From contig NW_003314262.1 of assembly GCF_000143415.4 (NCBI RefSeq), forward strand, positions 1,991,046 to 2,055,045: a stretch of DNA of 64,000 nucleotides. Reading direction: 5' to 3'. The position numbers and the translations under genes were made by a program. A model generated the notes under the pieces. It saw only the letters and a list, made by a program, of their open reading frames with translations. It was not told the DNA's origin and ran no database searches. The DNA comes from Selaginella moellendorffii (lineage: Eukaryota; Plantae; Lycopodiophyta). Shown in pieces: positions 26,704-38,200 of this stretch. How positions within the stretch are numbered: position 1 is the stretch's first letter; every line of letters begins with the position of its first letter.

Positions 26704-27300
26704 TGTAGCACACGTGGTTTTTACCCTTTATCTTATGGTGATTTACCATAGGATAACACCACAAAGAGGAACCTAAACCCTCCATGTGCCACATGTCATA
26801 TGCCACATGTCCATAGAATAGTGGTGTGGAACCTGAGGTTCAGGGCCTTGGGCCACTGAACGAAGGAATGGTACCAAACTCCCAAGCATGGAGCCAAAGA
26901 GTGATAGAACCGGACTATGGAGCAACTCTCGAATATATAGCCCAAGGAGCGAAGGGACAGGAGTTGTAGCACACGTGGTTTTGACCGGTGAAAGCGTAAA
27001 GCATATATTCCTCAATGGGGGGGGGGAGTTGTGAAGGGTTCCAAATATATAGTAGGGATAGGGGTTAGAATGTATGTTCGACCATCTGAGATATTAGTTT
27101 GGCTCTTGCTAGGATATGTCACTCCTTGTTTTGTGTCTAGTTTGGGTCTAAGCCCAAACTCCATGTTGCTTTAGTCGGTGGGGTACCTTCCTTCATGTGT
27201 TAGGCTACTAGTATGCCAAAATTGTGCTAGACACCATTTTGTGTGCAAGTGTTGAATGCAGGGAGCTGGTGCTCGTGGGATTGTACCGGACCCTCATTTT
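26704..27300. repeat. Rearranged LTR fragments of the 12748-13280 / 53081-53408 families, in both orientations
   Basis: 26704-26965 matches the LTR 3' part on the minus strand. 27030-27300 follows a poly-G tract and matches the LTR 5' part on the plus strand. Confidence 0.65.
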
Positions 27301-27665
27301 GTAGCACAACGGGCTTAGAGTTTAGCTCCATTGGTGATCAAGGCATTTTAATTTTTATATTATATCCGTATGATCATGAGCAATGTGTTTATAAAGTTAG
27401 TTGGTCAAATAACAATTAACACCAAAGTGGTTGATGATAGTCTACTTACAAGTAGTAGCATTGTATAAGCTTTAACTATATTCTCAAAAGTGATCTATTA
27501 TATTAAGTTGGTGAGAGTACCTTATTTCCTTAAGAGTTTGCCTATTGAGGTTTTGGAAAAATTATAACATTCGTTTACTATAGCTTGTTAGTGGATCTAT
27601 TATCATTTGGAGTAAATTTTTAAATGAAAAAAGTGTGCATTGGTATTGCTAGCATTTGTGTTAGT

Positions 27666-27689
27666 AAGCTCTATTTCGTTAAAGTGGGA
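27666..27689 (+). repeat. Left terminal inverted repeat
   Basis: Exact reverse complement of 40217-40240. Confidence 0.95.
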
Positions 27690-28353
27690 TTTATTCAGTA
27701 AAATGGGACTAGGTACAAATTTTCAAGTATTTGAAAATGACGTGAAATTATATGTTTTTTGTCCAGGGGCTAGTCATATCTGGGGCATGGTGACTAGCGC
27801 GGTGACTTTGTGTCCAGACTGAGTCCATCTGGTTGTATAATAAATCTCATTGTCAAGGTGAACAAGCCGAATCTGAAGCTAAAGAAGAGCGATGGCATGC
27901 GCGCACACACTATTTGTTTGTTCATTGAGCGTGTGGTGAGCTTTCCAAGATGAACGTCATTCCTATTAGCCAGACATATAACTTAATGGTGAGAACATTT
28001 AGATATTATTCAATGTTATCTTTTTCTAACAAATCTAATTGTGAAGGTGTAGCAAGAGGCATTGCTAGTCTGGAGAAGTCATTTAACTCATTTGACCCTT
28101 AGTGTATTTTCATGAAACTAAATAACATTCATATTATTAAGGAATTTCTCTAGTACCTTTTTTTTACGACATAGAGGCTTGCATTTCTTTCAAAGGTGAT
28201 TTAGTAAAAGGCCTGAGGGCACATGCCATTCTATTTCTCAGACCGGTATTAAGATATACTAGTGCAAAGGGCCACATGCCATCACGCCTCCTCTGATTCA
28301 GATTCGGATTGTTCACCTTGAAATAAAATACATTAGAAACTTATAAAAAAATA

Positions 28354-31300
28354 TTAATGAATCTCACCTTGAACCCGGGTTATGAATGCTCTTGCTGCAT
28401 CTCTTGCATGGTCTGGCAAGGTGATGGTGGCACTCTGCTTCCGCATCCAACCATGCACAACATTATCCACCGATATGCTCATGCTGGGATCCCTTGGATT
28501 CAGCACCCATCTCTTTTCTAGGCAATCCTTCGTATATCCGGAACTTGGCTTGAACCACTCCACAGTTACATTGAAGGAGTTAGTTTCCGCGTCCTCCTCT
28601 GCATCAGTGATGCAACGCCCCACCCATATCATTTGTTTTTTATTACTGGGTCTGACAAGCACGACCATTCCTTTGCAGACTTGTACTGGATTGAATGCTG
28701 AATCCGGCTTCTTGTTCCTCGGCCCACAATAGTGATCCTCAACATCGTTATCTGTCACTGCATTTCCAGAGGACATTGTTCCGCTACTATCTGGTGCTCT
28801 GGGTTCTGGCCAAAAGGACTCTTCCAATTCTTCATATACAACCGGCCCATTTTGGATAGCAGATATAATCTTCTCCCAGTATTCGAGCAAAGGCTTGCAC
28901 CTCTTAAAATAGGATTCTCCACCAAACACCAACCCCCTCTTCCAGAAGGCAATATGCTGTCTAATCCCGGCCACTATACTTTCCTGGTCTTTGAGTCCAT
29001 CCGGGTGCATCGGCCGTGGGGAACCCTGAGGAATCATAGGTTCCCCAGTTATGGGATCTCTTTTGAAGAGTTCAATGCCGTCCACTGGCAGCCACACTGT
29101 GTCCCATTCTCTCATCTTGTACCTCATCACTGGAGCACCATCACGCATGCTGAAATGAAACTGAAGAGGCTTGGAGTGGCCAATCAGCGTTTCGGATCCG
29201 TCCCTGATGTAGCCTCTTACAAACCCCTTAAAGTCTGGAACCTCTGTCACAAGTGCAGCTTCAACAGTGCCTTTGATGCAATTTTGGAATTCATCGTAGA
29301 GTTGTGGGAGGGTGAGGGCATTGGATCGCCGGAGGGACTCTGCCAGGTGACTGAACATGGCATCGACGTCTTCATGAGTGTGCCCAACCATGAGAAAGCC
29401 AAGTGTAACCGTTTCAAATATGCCTTTGGCAACAAGCATCGCCAAGTACGCGAAGACGTACATGTTTTTGTTCTCACTGCCAGCATTGTCTGTTTGGAGC
29501 AGAAGATGGGGTGGAAGGCCACATCGGCCGCAAGAACTTCCTTGAGATTCTGCTTCGTTTGGATGAGGCTGTGCATTCACCGGGCGACCAGCCTCGTCAG
29601 AATGGCATGAGGCCTCACGTGATAACCCTACAATCTGACGGCCAACATATTCACTGGGATGGCATGGGGCCCCACGCGATACTGCAAGCCTTTGCTCCTC
29701 CTCCAACTGAACCCTGTATGGGGTTCGATCGACAAGGGCCTTATGCAAGGGTTGGCCGTTCAGCTCAGTCTGCGCACTTTGCAGAGACCTTAAGTGTTTT
29801 GCTAGGGACGCAATCATCATGTTTGCACCCCCGCCACCCCATAGAGGTACAAAGAAGTTCCCATAGTTCTGGGCACCATGCCCATGAGCGATTATGCCAA
29901 ACAGAGACACAGGCAGCTGCATGGATGAAGAGATTGCCTTGGGGGCAGGATTGAGTCGAGGTAAGCACGTCTTTTTCTGGTCCATTTTGTCATGGATGAT
30001 GCAGAGGTAAGAGTCAGGTCTCTCCATGGAGAGAATCTTGTTATGATAATATGCAGTCCTGCAGCTTCTCTGCTCGATGTTGTGGTCGAGCCGCCTTCTA
30101 ACCAACGTCTCTCGCTCTTGAGCGCTGCAAGAATTCTTCGACAAAGCCATTTTGATAGCAGTGCACTCGTCACACTTTGAAAAGCTGGAGTACTTTCCTA
30201 TACTCACATCCCTGAACCTGTTGCTCCACAATCTACTAAATCTAGATTGGCTCAGCTTCCTGTAGCCATTACTCTGGAGTTCCCGATTCACATCTTCCAA
30301 TATGGCCCCCTTGGTATACATGGAAGGGAGAACTTGTTGGGTGTCTCGTGTTCCATCTTCCAAGAGGCGGGTTTTATGTGGTTGCTGCTCGCTACATGTC
30401 TCGACAAACCTCTTGAAGATTGCCTCTCCATATACAACATGACCCCTGGTTTTGTGCGTACCGTCGTTCCCATGGACTGCCTGTTGAACCCTTTGTTCCT
30501 CGAACTCAGTTTTGATTCTGTAGAATGTGGTTCGAGGGACTCCATAAATGATTCTCCATGCCTTCATGCAGACCAAACCCCTCTGGAAGACCATGCCCCC
30601 CACCTGATGTTCTGAAGCATCAACAGATGACCGTAATGCCTCATACACAAAATTGCGAGCTGCCTTCCAGGACAATGTCTTGTATCTTGCTCTCTCCTCT
30701 TCAATAGCATCCCAATCAGCATGTTGACAGCACCTCCTCTTGCAACAAGCAACTGTCGAGACCATTCGAACCTCCATCGCCATTTTCTGCCTTTTCGGTT
30801 CGTTGCTCAGATCCCTTTGGCTGCGCTGTAGGAAGGTGTACTTTCTTTTCCCATGAAGAGATGTTCTGTCATCAGTTGTAGTGGTGTTTGATTGTGAATC
30901 CTTCACATTCTCAAACACTAAATGCCTCAATTTCCACCGCACAATGCTTCCAATAGTCAGACTGTTTTCTTCTGTGTCAACAACCTCTAAAATTGCAACT
31001 CCAATATCATCCCAGCCCAATTCTTGATTAGCAACCGCATCTCTTGGATCGACAACTGTGGCTAAGCCCTCAGCTACCACCTCCCCCTCGGGGTTGTTTA
31101 GAAACACCTTTGCCTGAATCCATGTAGCACGGTTCTTAAGATCCACGGAGGGAACATGCGTCGCACTTGCGCTGTCCCCAACATCTGCTTTCTTCTGCAG
31201 ATTTTTCAAGGCAACAACAACATTTACCCCGACGACCATCTCTCCTCGTTCAATAGCGACCACATTCCCATCGAAGACAGTCTCTACTGATACAGCAGCA

Positions 31301-31422
31301 TTGCCTTCCCCAAGCCTTTGACAGTGTATAACAAAGTTCCGATCCATAGACACAAGGGTCCCTTTTGCAACTCTCTTCCCACCATTCAAAATGTAAACCT
31401 TTTCCCCAACCCTGAAGGCCAT
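28354..31422 (-). CDS. Sola-like DDD transposase, 1022 aa (possible extra terminal exon 28282-28316 via intron 28317-28367)
   Basis: Motifs IHDKMDQ, LLQTDNAGSENKN and FLMVGHTHEDVDAMFS (acidic triad with GH..D, Sola-type). Cys/His clusters (CCKRRCC, KCDECT..H). Uninterrupted ORF inside TIRs. Confidence 0.88.
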   Translation of the reverse strand: MAFRVGEKVYILNGGKRVAKGTLVSMDRNFVIHCQRLGEGNAAVSVETVFDGNVVAIERGEMVVGVNVVVALKNLQKKADVGDSASATHVPSVDLKNRATWIQAKVFLNNPEGEVVAEGLATVVDPRDAVANQELGWDDIGVAILEVVDTEENSLTIGSIVRWKLRHLVFENVKDSQSNTTTTDDRTSLHGKRKYTFLQRSQRDLSNEPKRQKMAMEVRMVSTVACCKRRCCQHADWDAIEEERARYKTLSWKAARNFVYEALRSSVDASEHQVGGMVFQRGLVCMKAWRIIYGVPRTTFYRIKTEFEEQRVQQAVHGNDGTHKTRGHVVYGEAIFKRFVETCSEQQPHKTRLLEDGTRDTQQVLPSMYTKGAILEDVNRELQSNGYRKLSQSRFSRLWSNRFRDVSIGKYSSFSKCDECTAIKMALSKNSCSAQERETLVRRRLDHNIEQRSCRTAYYHNKILSMERPDSYLCIIHDKMDQKKTCLPRLNPAPKAISSSMQLPVSLFGIIAHGHGAQNYGNFFVPLWGGGGANMMIASLAKHLRSLQSAQTELNGQPLHKALVDRTPYRVQLEEEQRLAVSRGAPCHPSEYVGRQIVGLSREASCHSDEAGRPVNAQPHPNEAESQGSSCGRCGLPPHLLLQTDNAGSENKNMYVFAYLAMLVAKGIFETVTLGFLMVGHTHEDVDAMFSHLAESLRRSNALTLPQLYDEFQNCIKGTVEAALVTEVPDFKGFVRGYIRDGSETLIGHSKPLQFHFSMRDGAPVMRYKMREWDTVWLPVDGIELFKRDPITGEPMIPQGSPRPMHPDGLKDQESIVAGIRQHIAFWKRGLVFGGESYFKRCKPLLEYWEKIISAIQNGPVVYEELEESFWPEPRAPDSSGTMSSGNAVTDNDVEDHYCGPRNKKPDSAFNPVQVCKGMVVLVRPSNKKQMIWVGRCITDAEEDAETNSFNVTVEWFKPSSGYTKDCLEKRWVLNPRDPSMSISVDNVVHGWMRKQSATITLPDHARDAARAFITRVQGEIH

Positions 31423-31576
31423 TCTGAAAGTGCAGAAAAGAAGTTAAGACCATACAAAAAATGATTGGAGAATGGCCTAAATCATAACATACCAAATAGC
31501 ATGAGGCCACATGCCATTATTCAAACATGCTATTGACACCCACGTGAAATTTCGCATTCACAAAATTGGCATGAGC

Positions 31577-31612
31577 CCTCATGCCATTAGTGGTACCACT
31601 AATGGCATGAGG
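31577..31612. repeat. Perfect 36-bp palindrome bridging two 22-bp motif copies upstream of the transposase
   Basis: CCTCATGCCATTAGTGGT|ACCACTAATGGCATGAGG; checked base by base. Confidence 0.9.
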
Positions 31613-32430
31613 CGTCACGCTATCTTTGGCCCCTGCTAGCCTGTTGCTGCAAGGGCCCAAGATTGTTGCAACTGTATATATTTTTGTGTGCGTGACTAGT
31701 CACCCATACAAAAATATATACAGTTGCAGCAAGGCAAAAGGAATATGGCAATAGGTTAGCAGGGGCCCAAAGATGGTATGAGGCCTCATGCCATCTTGAT
31801 ATACACACAGCTGCAGGCAAGTAAAAACATACATGACAATACGCTAGCCATGAAATTGCAAGGGCCCAAGATGGCATGTGGCCTCATGCCATTTCTAAAT
31901 GTGGTCCTAAACCATTCCATGGTGAACATACCAGGAAGCACAAGTGCCGAATATCAAGAGGAAGCGGTAGCCACACCAAAGACAGTGCCGCTCGCAACAC
32001 CGCAACTTCTCGTAGCGCCGCTCGCAACACCGCAGCTGCTCGTAGCGCCGCTCGCACAAACTGCCACTCGCATAAACTGCCGCTCGCAATGGCGCTCGCA
32101 ATGCCGCAACCGCTTGTAGACGCATAAACCACAGCTCACAACGCCGCTTACACAAGCAGCGCTCACTGCGCTTAGCGGAACCAAGAACACGGCGCACAAA
32201 AATGATAGACCTAGGAATGAGTTCGAGAATTCAAAAATAACACACGCTTGAATGTCACATCAAATCCTCTGACAAACCAGATCTTATGATTCCTCTGACA
32301 AATTTCAAACTGAGTAGCTTCTAGACTTTGCTGTCGGAGGTTGAACTTTGTCACATCATGTCCTTGCCTCGATCCAGCTGTGCCATGTCAGTGATTCGAA
32401 CTTTGCCATGCCATGTCAGCGATCCGCGCC

Positions 32431-34286
32431 AAGATTATTCGCCGTGTAAAGGAATAATTATGCTGTGTGTGTACGTCCATTTATGGCAATATAAGGCCAC
32501 ATGCCATTCAAAGAATAATGCTAGTCGAACATCTTTTGGTGCATTTTTGGGTTCAAAATTGCATGAGCCCACACGCTATAAAGTTTACCTGTACCAAAAA
32601 TAGAAACAGCTTTATTTACTTGGGAATTTAAGTGGTTGAGGCATTTTTAAACTTACAAACACATGCCCTACTTACATTCCTTTGGTTGCTTAAAATTCAA
32701 AAATATTATAAACCTTTCTTTTTGCATTTTCAATGTTTTCAATTATGGTTTTTGATTTTCGCAGGACCAGCCTAGTAATTTATTTGCATCCCATCATGTT
32801 TATAGCTAGCTTTCGTTTGTCCCCTTCGCTAGCCTGAGATACATCTGCTCGGCATCTGCCTCTTACAGCATTTGCCCAGAAAGGGCATCTTTCTTCACGC
32901 AGCATTTGCCACATGTTTAGGGTTAGGGTTTAGGGTTTAGGGTTTAGCAATTCAGTAGCTTGATAAACATGCAAATACAGAACTTGATGCAAAATCCTTT
33001 GATATGTCACAATGCCCTTAGGACCATAAACACATTTCAATAGAGAGGGTCCTTTCATTTCATAACTCCTTACGTAGATCTTGGTGAAACCAGAGTTAGT
33101 GAAGTTGGTTTCTTGTGATTCCGCATCTGATTGTGATGTCCCTTTGCAGTGTCGATGGAAAGGTCAATGCACACCAAACTGTAGAATCTTGGAGCAAAAT
33201 AACGGTCGGATCTATGGCAAATGCCCCTGAAACATTGTAAGGCTCGTGTGGTCTCATGTGGTGTCCGATCGAGATGCTTCTTTGCAGAGTCATCAAGAAG
33301 GACATTGTATACCATTCTATAAAATCTGGTTGCGATCTAACGGTTGGATCTCCAGGAAACTCAAAACAATCTCGCGCGTGTCAGAATATTCTAGGAATAT
33401 ACTCCTATGTGCTCCAAGATTATTCGCCGTGTAAAGGAATAATTATGCTGTGTCATTTATGGCAATATAAGGCCACACGCCATTCAAAGAATAATGCTAG
33501 TTGAGCATTTTTTGGTGCATTTTTGGGTTCAAAATTGCATGAGCCCACACGCTATAAAGTTTACCTGTACCAAAAATAGAAACACCTTTATTTACTTGGG
33601 AATTTAAGTGGTTGAGGCATTTTTAAACTTACAAACACATGCCCTACTTACATTCCTTTGGTTGCTTACATTCCTTCGGTTGCTAGCTTTCGTTTGTCCC
33701 CTTCACTAGCCTGAGATACATCTGCTCGACATCTGCCTCTTACAGCATTTGCCCAGAAAGGGCATCTTTCTTCACGCAACATTTGCCACATGTTTAGGGT
33801 TTAGGGTTTAGGGTTTAGCAATTCAGTAGCTTGATAAACATGCAAATACAGAACTTGATGCAAAATCCTTGGATATGTCACAATGCCCCTAGGACCATAA
33901 ACACATTTCAATAGAGAGGGTCCTTTCATTTCATAACTCCTTACGTAGATCTTGGTGAAACCAGAGTTAGTGAAGTTGGTTTCTTGTGATCCCGCATTTG
34001 ATTGTGATGTCCCTTTGCAGTGTCGATGGAAAGGTCAATGCACACCAAACTGTAGAATCTTGGAGCAAAATAACGGTCGGATCTATGGCAAATGCCCCTG
34101 AAACATTGTAAGGCTCGTGTGGTCTCATGTGGTGTCCGATCGAGATGCTTCTTTGCAGAGTCATCAAGAAGGACATTGTATACCATTCTGTAAAATCTGG
34201 TTGCGATCTAACGGTTGGATCTCCAGGAAACTCAAAACAATCTCGCGCGTGTCAGAATATTCTAGGAATATACTCCTATGTGCTCC
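32431..34286 (+). repeat. Tandem duplication within the transposon intergenic region (32431-33415 / 33416-34286)
   Basis: Two near-identical units, each with a telomere-type tract, joined at a CC microhomology. Copy 1 has a single unit (~3213-4190). Confidence 0.88.
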
Positions 34287-34539
34287 TGAAAATGGCATGC
34301 GGCCCCACGCCATTCAAGAGATAACGCCAGATGACGCCGAGCATTTTTTGGTGCATTTTTTGGGATCAAAATTGCATGAGCCCACATGCTTGAACGTCAT
34401 CCTCTGACAATTTATTTAGCTGAACATCTGGCATTTTTGGAAATACAAGATGCTTTGGAATATCCAATCATGCATGGTATAAATATAGCGAGGGTATTAA
34501 ATGATATCCCAATCATGATCTTTCTTTTGGATTTCGCGT

Positions 34540-35040
34540 GCATGTAGTCCGAGGAATGATGACGTTGCGGATTTCTTTTGGATTTCACGCATGCGCGCGC
34601 CGATCCAGAAATTAATGGTGGCGCCCAAGTCCGAGAAATGATGACGTGGCGGGATTACCAACCGTCGTGACATTTCGCGCGTGTGAGGTTAGGTTTTGCA
34701 TTTTGCTTCGTACTCGCGCTCGCACACTCGCGCTCGCATCGCGCTCCCACTTCTCTACAGGTTTCTCGTGTGCATCGGCGTCCACTCGCGCTTGCATCAC
34801 ACTCGCGCTCGCATCGCGCTCGTGTGCATTGGCGTCCACTTCAAGACACACCCAGTTTGTAACTTCGCCGCCAACTCCGCCGCCCACTCCGCCACCCACA
34901 CGCAGCCCACTTGGCGTCCCGGGAGATTTCAGCGCCACTCTCCAACTGTAAGTGGTAGAGTAGCCTTGCTGCTACGATCTGCTGCACACACAGTGCACAT
35001 TCGCCAGCGAGTCCGGTTGTCACGCCTCCATTCGGCTTCA
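34540..35040 (+). promoter_or_regulatory. CpG-rich putative promoter / 5' UTR of the cargo gene
   Basis: Direct repeats AGTCCGAGRAATGATGACGT (34546-34565, 34628-34647) with TGACG cores and CGCGCTCGCA repeats, followed by ATG|GTAAGT at 35042-35050. Confidence 0.45.
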
Positions 35041-35283
35041 AATGGTAAGTCTTTTAGGCCAAGTAGAAAATGGCATGAGGCCACATGCCATTCAGTAGCA
35101 ACATTGGCATGCACCGATTAGGCTCTCGAGTGCAGTCCGGTTACAGATGGCGTGTAGCCTCACGCCATCTTAGGATGCAGCCTCAAGACATCTGATGCAG
35201 TGGTGAATGGCGTGTGGCCTCACGTTATTTCCAGCTACTAGCTTTTCATCTGTCAGCTCTAATTGTTGTGCATTTCTGAACAG

Positions 35284-38200
35284 GCGAGGAATTGCGTTCT
35301 TCTTCTAGCCACTGTCAATGTGGATGTAGAGAAGGGGGAGGAGCTCACCAGTTGGACTTTCGGGATGGAAGGCGAGGATCTGAGGCTGTACAACACAGAT
35401 GGTGGGAGAAAAGAATGCATGGGGATCCTCATCCAAGTGACAGACACTCCATGCAGTTCCATGCAAGAATATGGACTGGCACTTGTGGTAGAGACAGCGT
35501 CTGCCTTCAAGATCCACCTTGCACATCGTAGCGGCTTCTCGGAGGGGGGCAGCGGCTATGAGGAATTCCTAGAGGGAGCTAGGGAGAGGTTGTCCAGGAG
35601 GCCCACAATTTCAAAGACGCTGCGGGTCTATGAAGATCACATGGAATCCACGGACCTCACCTACGGCGATGTTCAAAAACTATATTCCAACATTGAGCCG
35701 TTGAGAGTGACTCCAGTTCGCGAAGCAAAGGGGAAGGGGGTCGATCTGGAAACTACCTCGAAGCAGAAAAGGGTGGTCAAGCTCAAGCCGACGTCTGACT
35801 CTCCTGCTCCAAAAAAGAAGCTACTCAGTGATGCCATTGCCTCGGGTTCGAACACTACACCCACCAAAAAGAAGAGCCGCAAAGAGCAGAAAGAGCAAGA
35901 AGAGGCAGCAAAAATCGTCGCAGATAATAGTACTTATTACTATTCCAACAAAGTATATACAATCGACGTGAGCCGTATCGACATCCAAAGCAAATACAAC
36001 CACAGGCTAGTATCTGATGAGTGGGTGGAGAAATTGAAGCAGAAGATGCTGGCAAGTCCAGTAACACCCGACATTGTAGACGTGATCCCCTACTACCAAA
36101 AAATGAAGGGCGAGATGAGGTTTCCAGACTTGATCAATAGGAAGGTGTTGGACGATCAGAACATCCGGTTCTATGCCGTCTCCGGGCAGCATTCTAGCTT
36201 GGCGATGCAAGAGATAGTTGTGGATATTATGGTGGGCGAGGAGGTGAAGAAAGTCTTCAAGACAAGAGTTGTCCGCCTGATAAAAGGCAACTCGCCCCTC
36301 CGATCTATCATATACATCTCCCACACGCAGAATGTCAAGCAAGAAATGTGTTACAAATCGGGTCTGCACAAGACATTGGGACGAACACGGAAGCTCTGGG
36401 TTCAACTGAAGAAGCCACAAAAACCAGGACAAGGACGTGCACTAGCAACTAGCGCCTGGCAGGTAAGCCTCGTTGCATGTGGCATAGCATGTGGCCTCAC
36501 GCCATTTCCATTGTAGGAATTCTCGAGTCTTCTCTCAAAAACACTGGGGGTCAATGACACACTCAGCATCCATAACATTCTACTCGCGACAAAAGTTGTT
36601 TATGACAAATGGGTAGATGTGCTGAGGAGGTACCATGACGGGGAGTTGCCAAACTCAATGGGTGTGGAGGACGGCCGGAAGCCCAATGATTTGAAGCTCA
36701 ACGCCTTGCGTTTCTCGCGGTCTCTAGACGACGACGACCTTCTGACAGTGGCTAATGCTCTTCTACGTGGTGAGGTTGTCTTCAACAAGACCAAAATGAC
36801 TCCCGGCCATATTGTGACATACGAGGACTTGTGCACGACTCTGAGAGCTCGTGCGCTATTGAAGGATTGGATCTTCGAGCAAGTGGCCGTGGAGAGGGTG
36901 AGCATCGACACCACGCAAGAGATGATGGAAGCGCTGGAGTTGTCAAATGAAGACATCGACGAGTACGTGAAGGGGGCCCCCAAGTTCATCGATCTGCTGC
37001 GAGATGCCACGAAAAGTAAAGCTGAGAAGTTGGATCAGTATCCAAATTTCATTAAGATTGATGTCGACCGCCGGCTTCAGAAACAGCTCGACCCCGCAGC
37101 AGAGGCCTATCGAGAACCTTACCGGGTATACTTGAATTCGGATGAGGATCAAAGGTGGAGGAGCATCGTTTCCCGCGGAGATGAGCAGGTCAAGAACATC
37201 TTTTGTGTGATGGACTTCACAAACGAGGAGATCACTCATGCAGACGAAGTCAGCTCCATCATTGACTTAATGGTGGGACTTGCGGAGGTGGAATCTTCAG
37301 TCCACTATATGATCTACGACTCCGAATCCTATCACAAGTTTTGGAAGGCCTTGAACGAGGTGAAGGCTCGGTTGAAAGGCAAGGAGATGCGGGAGATCCA
37401 TGGGATAATGGCTAAGAAGAAGATACCGACGAATGTCCGCATCTTCACACTCGCCCTTGTTATTGGTCCTGCAGCAGAGTGGGACTGGAGTGACTTCCCA
37501 GCTTCGTTCGACAAGGCCAATCGAATTGATCTGAGGGAGGTCAATTTACCCGTGCCTGAGGAACTGAAGACGGCTATGGAGCTTTCGAATCCAAAGAAAG
37601 CTCCAGGTGCAGCATGGGAAATGCTCAGCTGGGTCTTCAACGCAATAGCGGGTGGGTCACCTGCTTCCGACTCCAAGGGCAAATGCGTTATCGAGTACAA
37701 CAGCGGCGGACTATTCTTTCGAGCCGCACTACTCAAGGGTGTCCCGTGTGTTGCGGTGACAAACTCCATTGAAGAGGGGACTTCAATGGAGCATATAATT
37801 ACAGTTGCCAAAGAAAAACAGTATCTTCTCTGCGAACCTGGTGAGTACGCACTTTAAGTTTAAATGTTATCTCACAAGCTCTGTATGCAGGAGCGTGGCC
37901 ACCCCCAGATGCTGAAACGGCGTTAACAGCTACTGTTGAAGATACTCATGTTGGGCCGAGCTCACAACCTGCACAAGGTAAGGTCACGTGAGGCCTCACG
38001 CCATTTTGATTATAGATCGTTGTGAATATTCAGACACGAGGACTGAAAAGCGCACTGGTGGCGCATCGAAGAAGGACAAACAGAAAAGCAATAGGAAAAA
38101 AGGAGGTACAAATTATATTTGCAATGGCGTGTGGTCTCATGCCATTCCTTGCAGGAGAAACTTCTTCAAAGGCAAAACAGGCAAGCACCAGCCAAGCTCA

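Noticed and set aside
28382-30615. Antisense ORFs up to 292 aa opposite the transposase, and similar ones opposite the cargo gene
   Set aside because: Shadow frames of a GC-balanced coding strand with no recognisable motifs. Their recurrence in copy 1 only reflects recent duplication.
31496-31892. Clustered palindromes as a possible CRISPR-like array
   Set aside because: Spacing is irregular (14 to >150 bp), copies are dispersed through introns and ORFs, the context is eukaryotic, and there are no cas genes.
31778-32199. Possible third gene in the intergenic region (ATPQLLVAPL repeats)
   Set aside because: Derived from a 30-bp GC-rich tandem repeat open in most frames; more likely transposase promoter/5' UTR.
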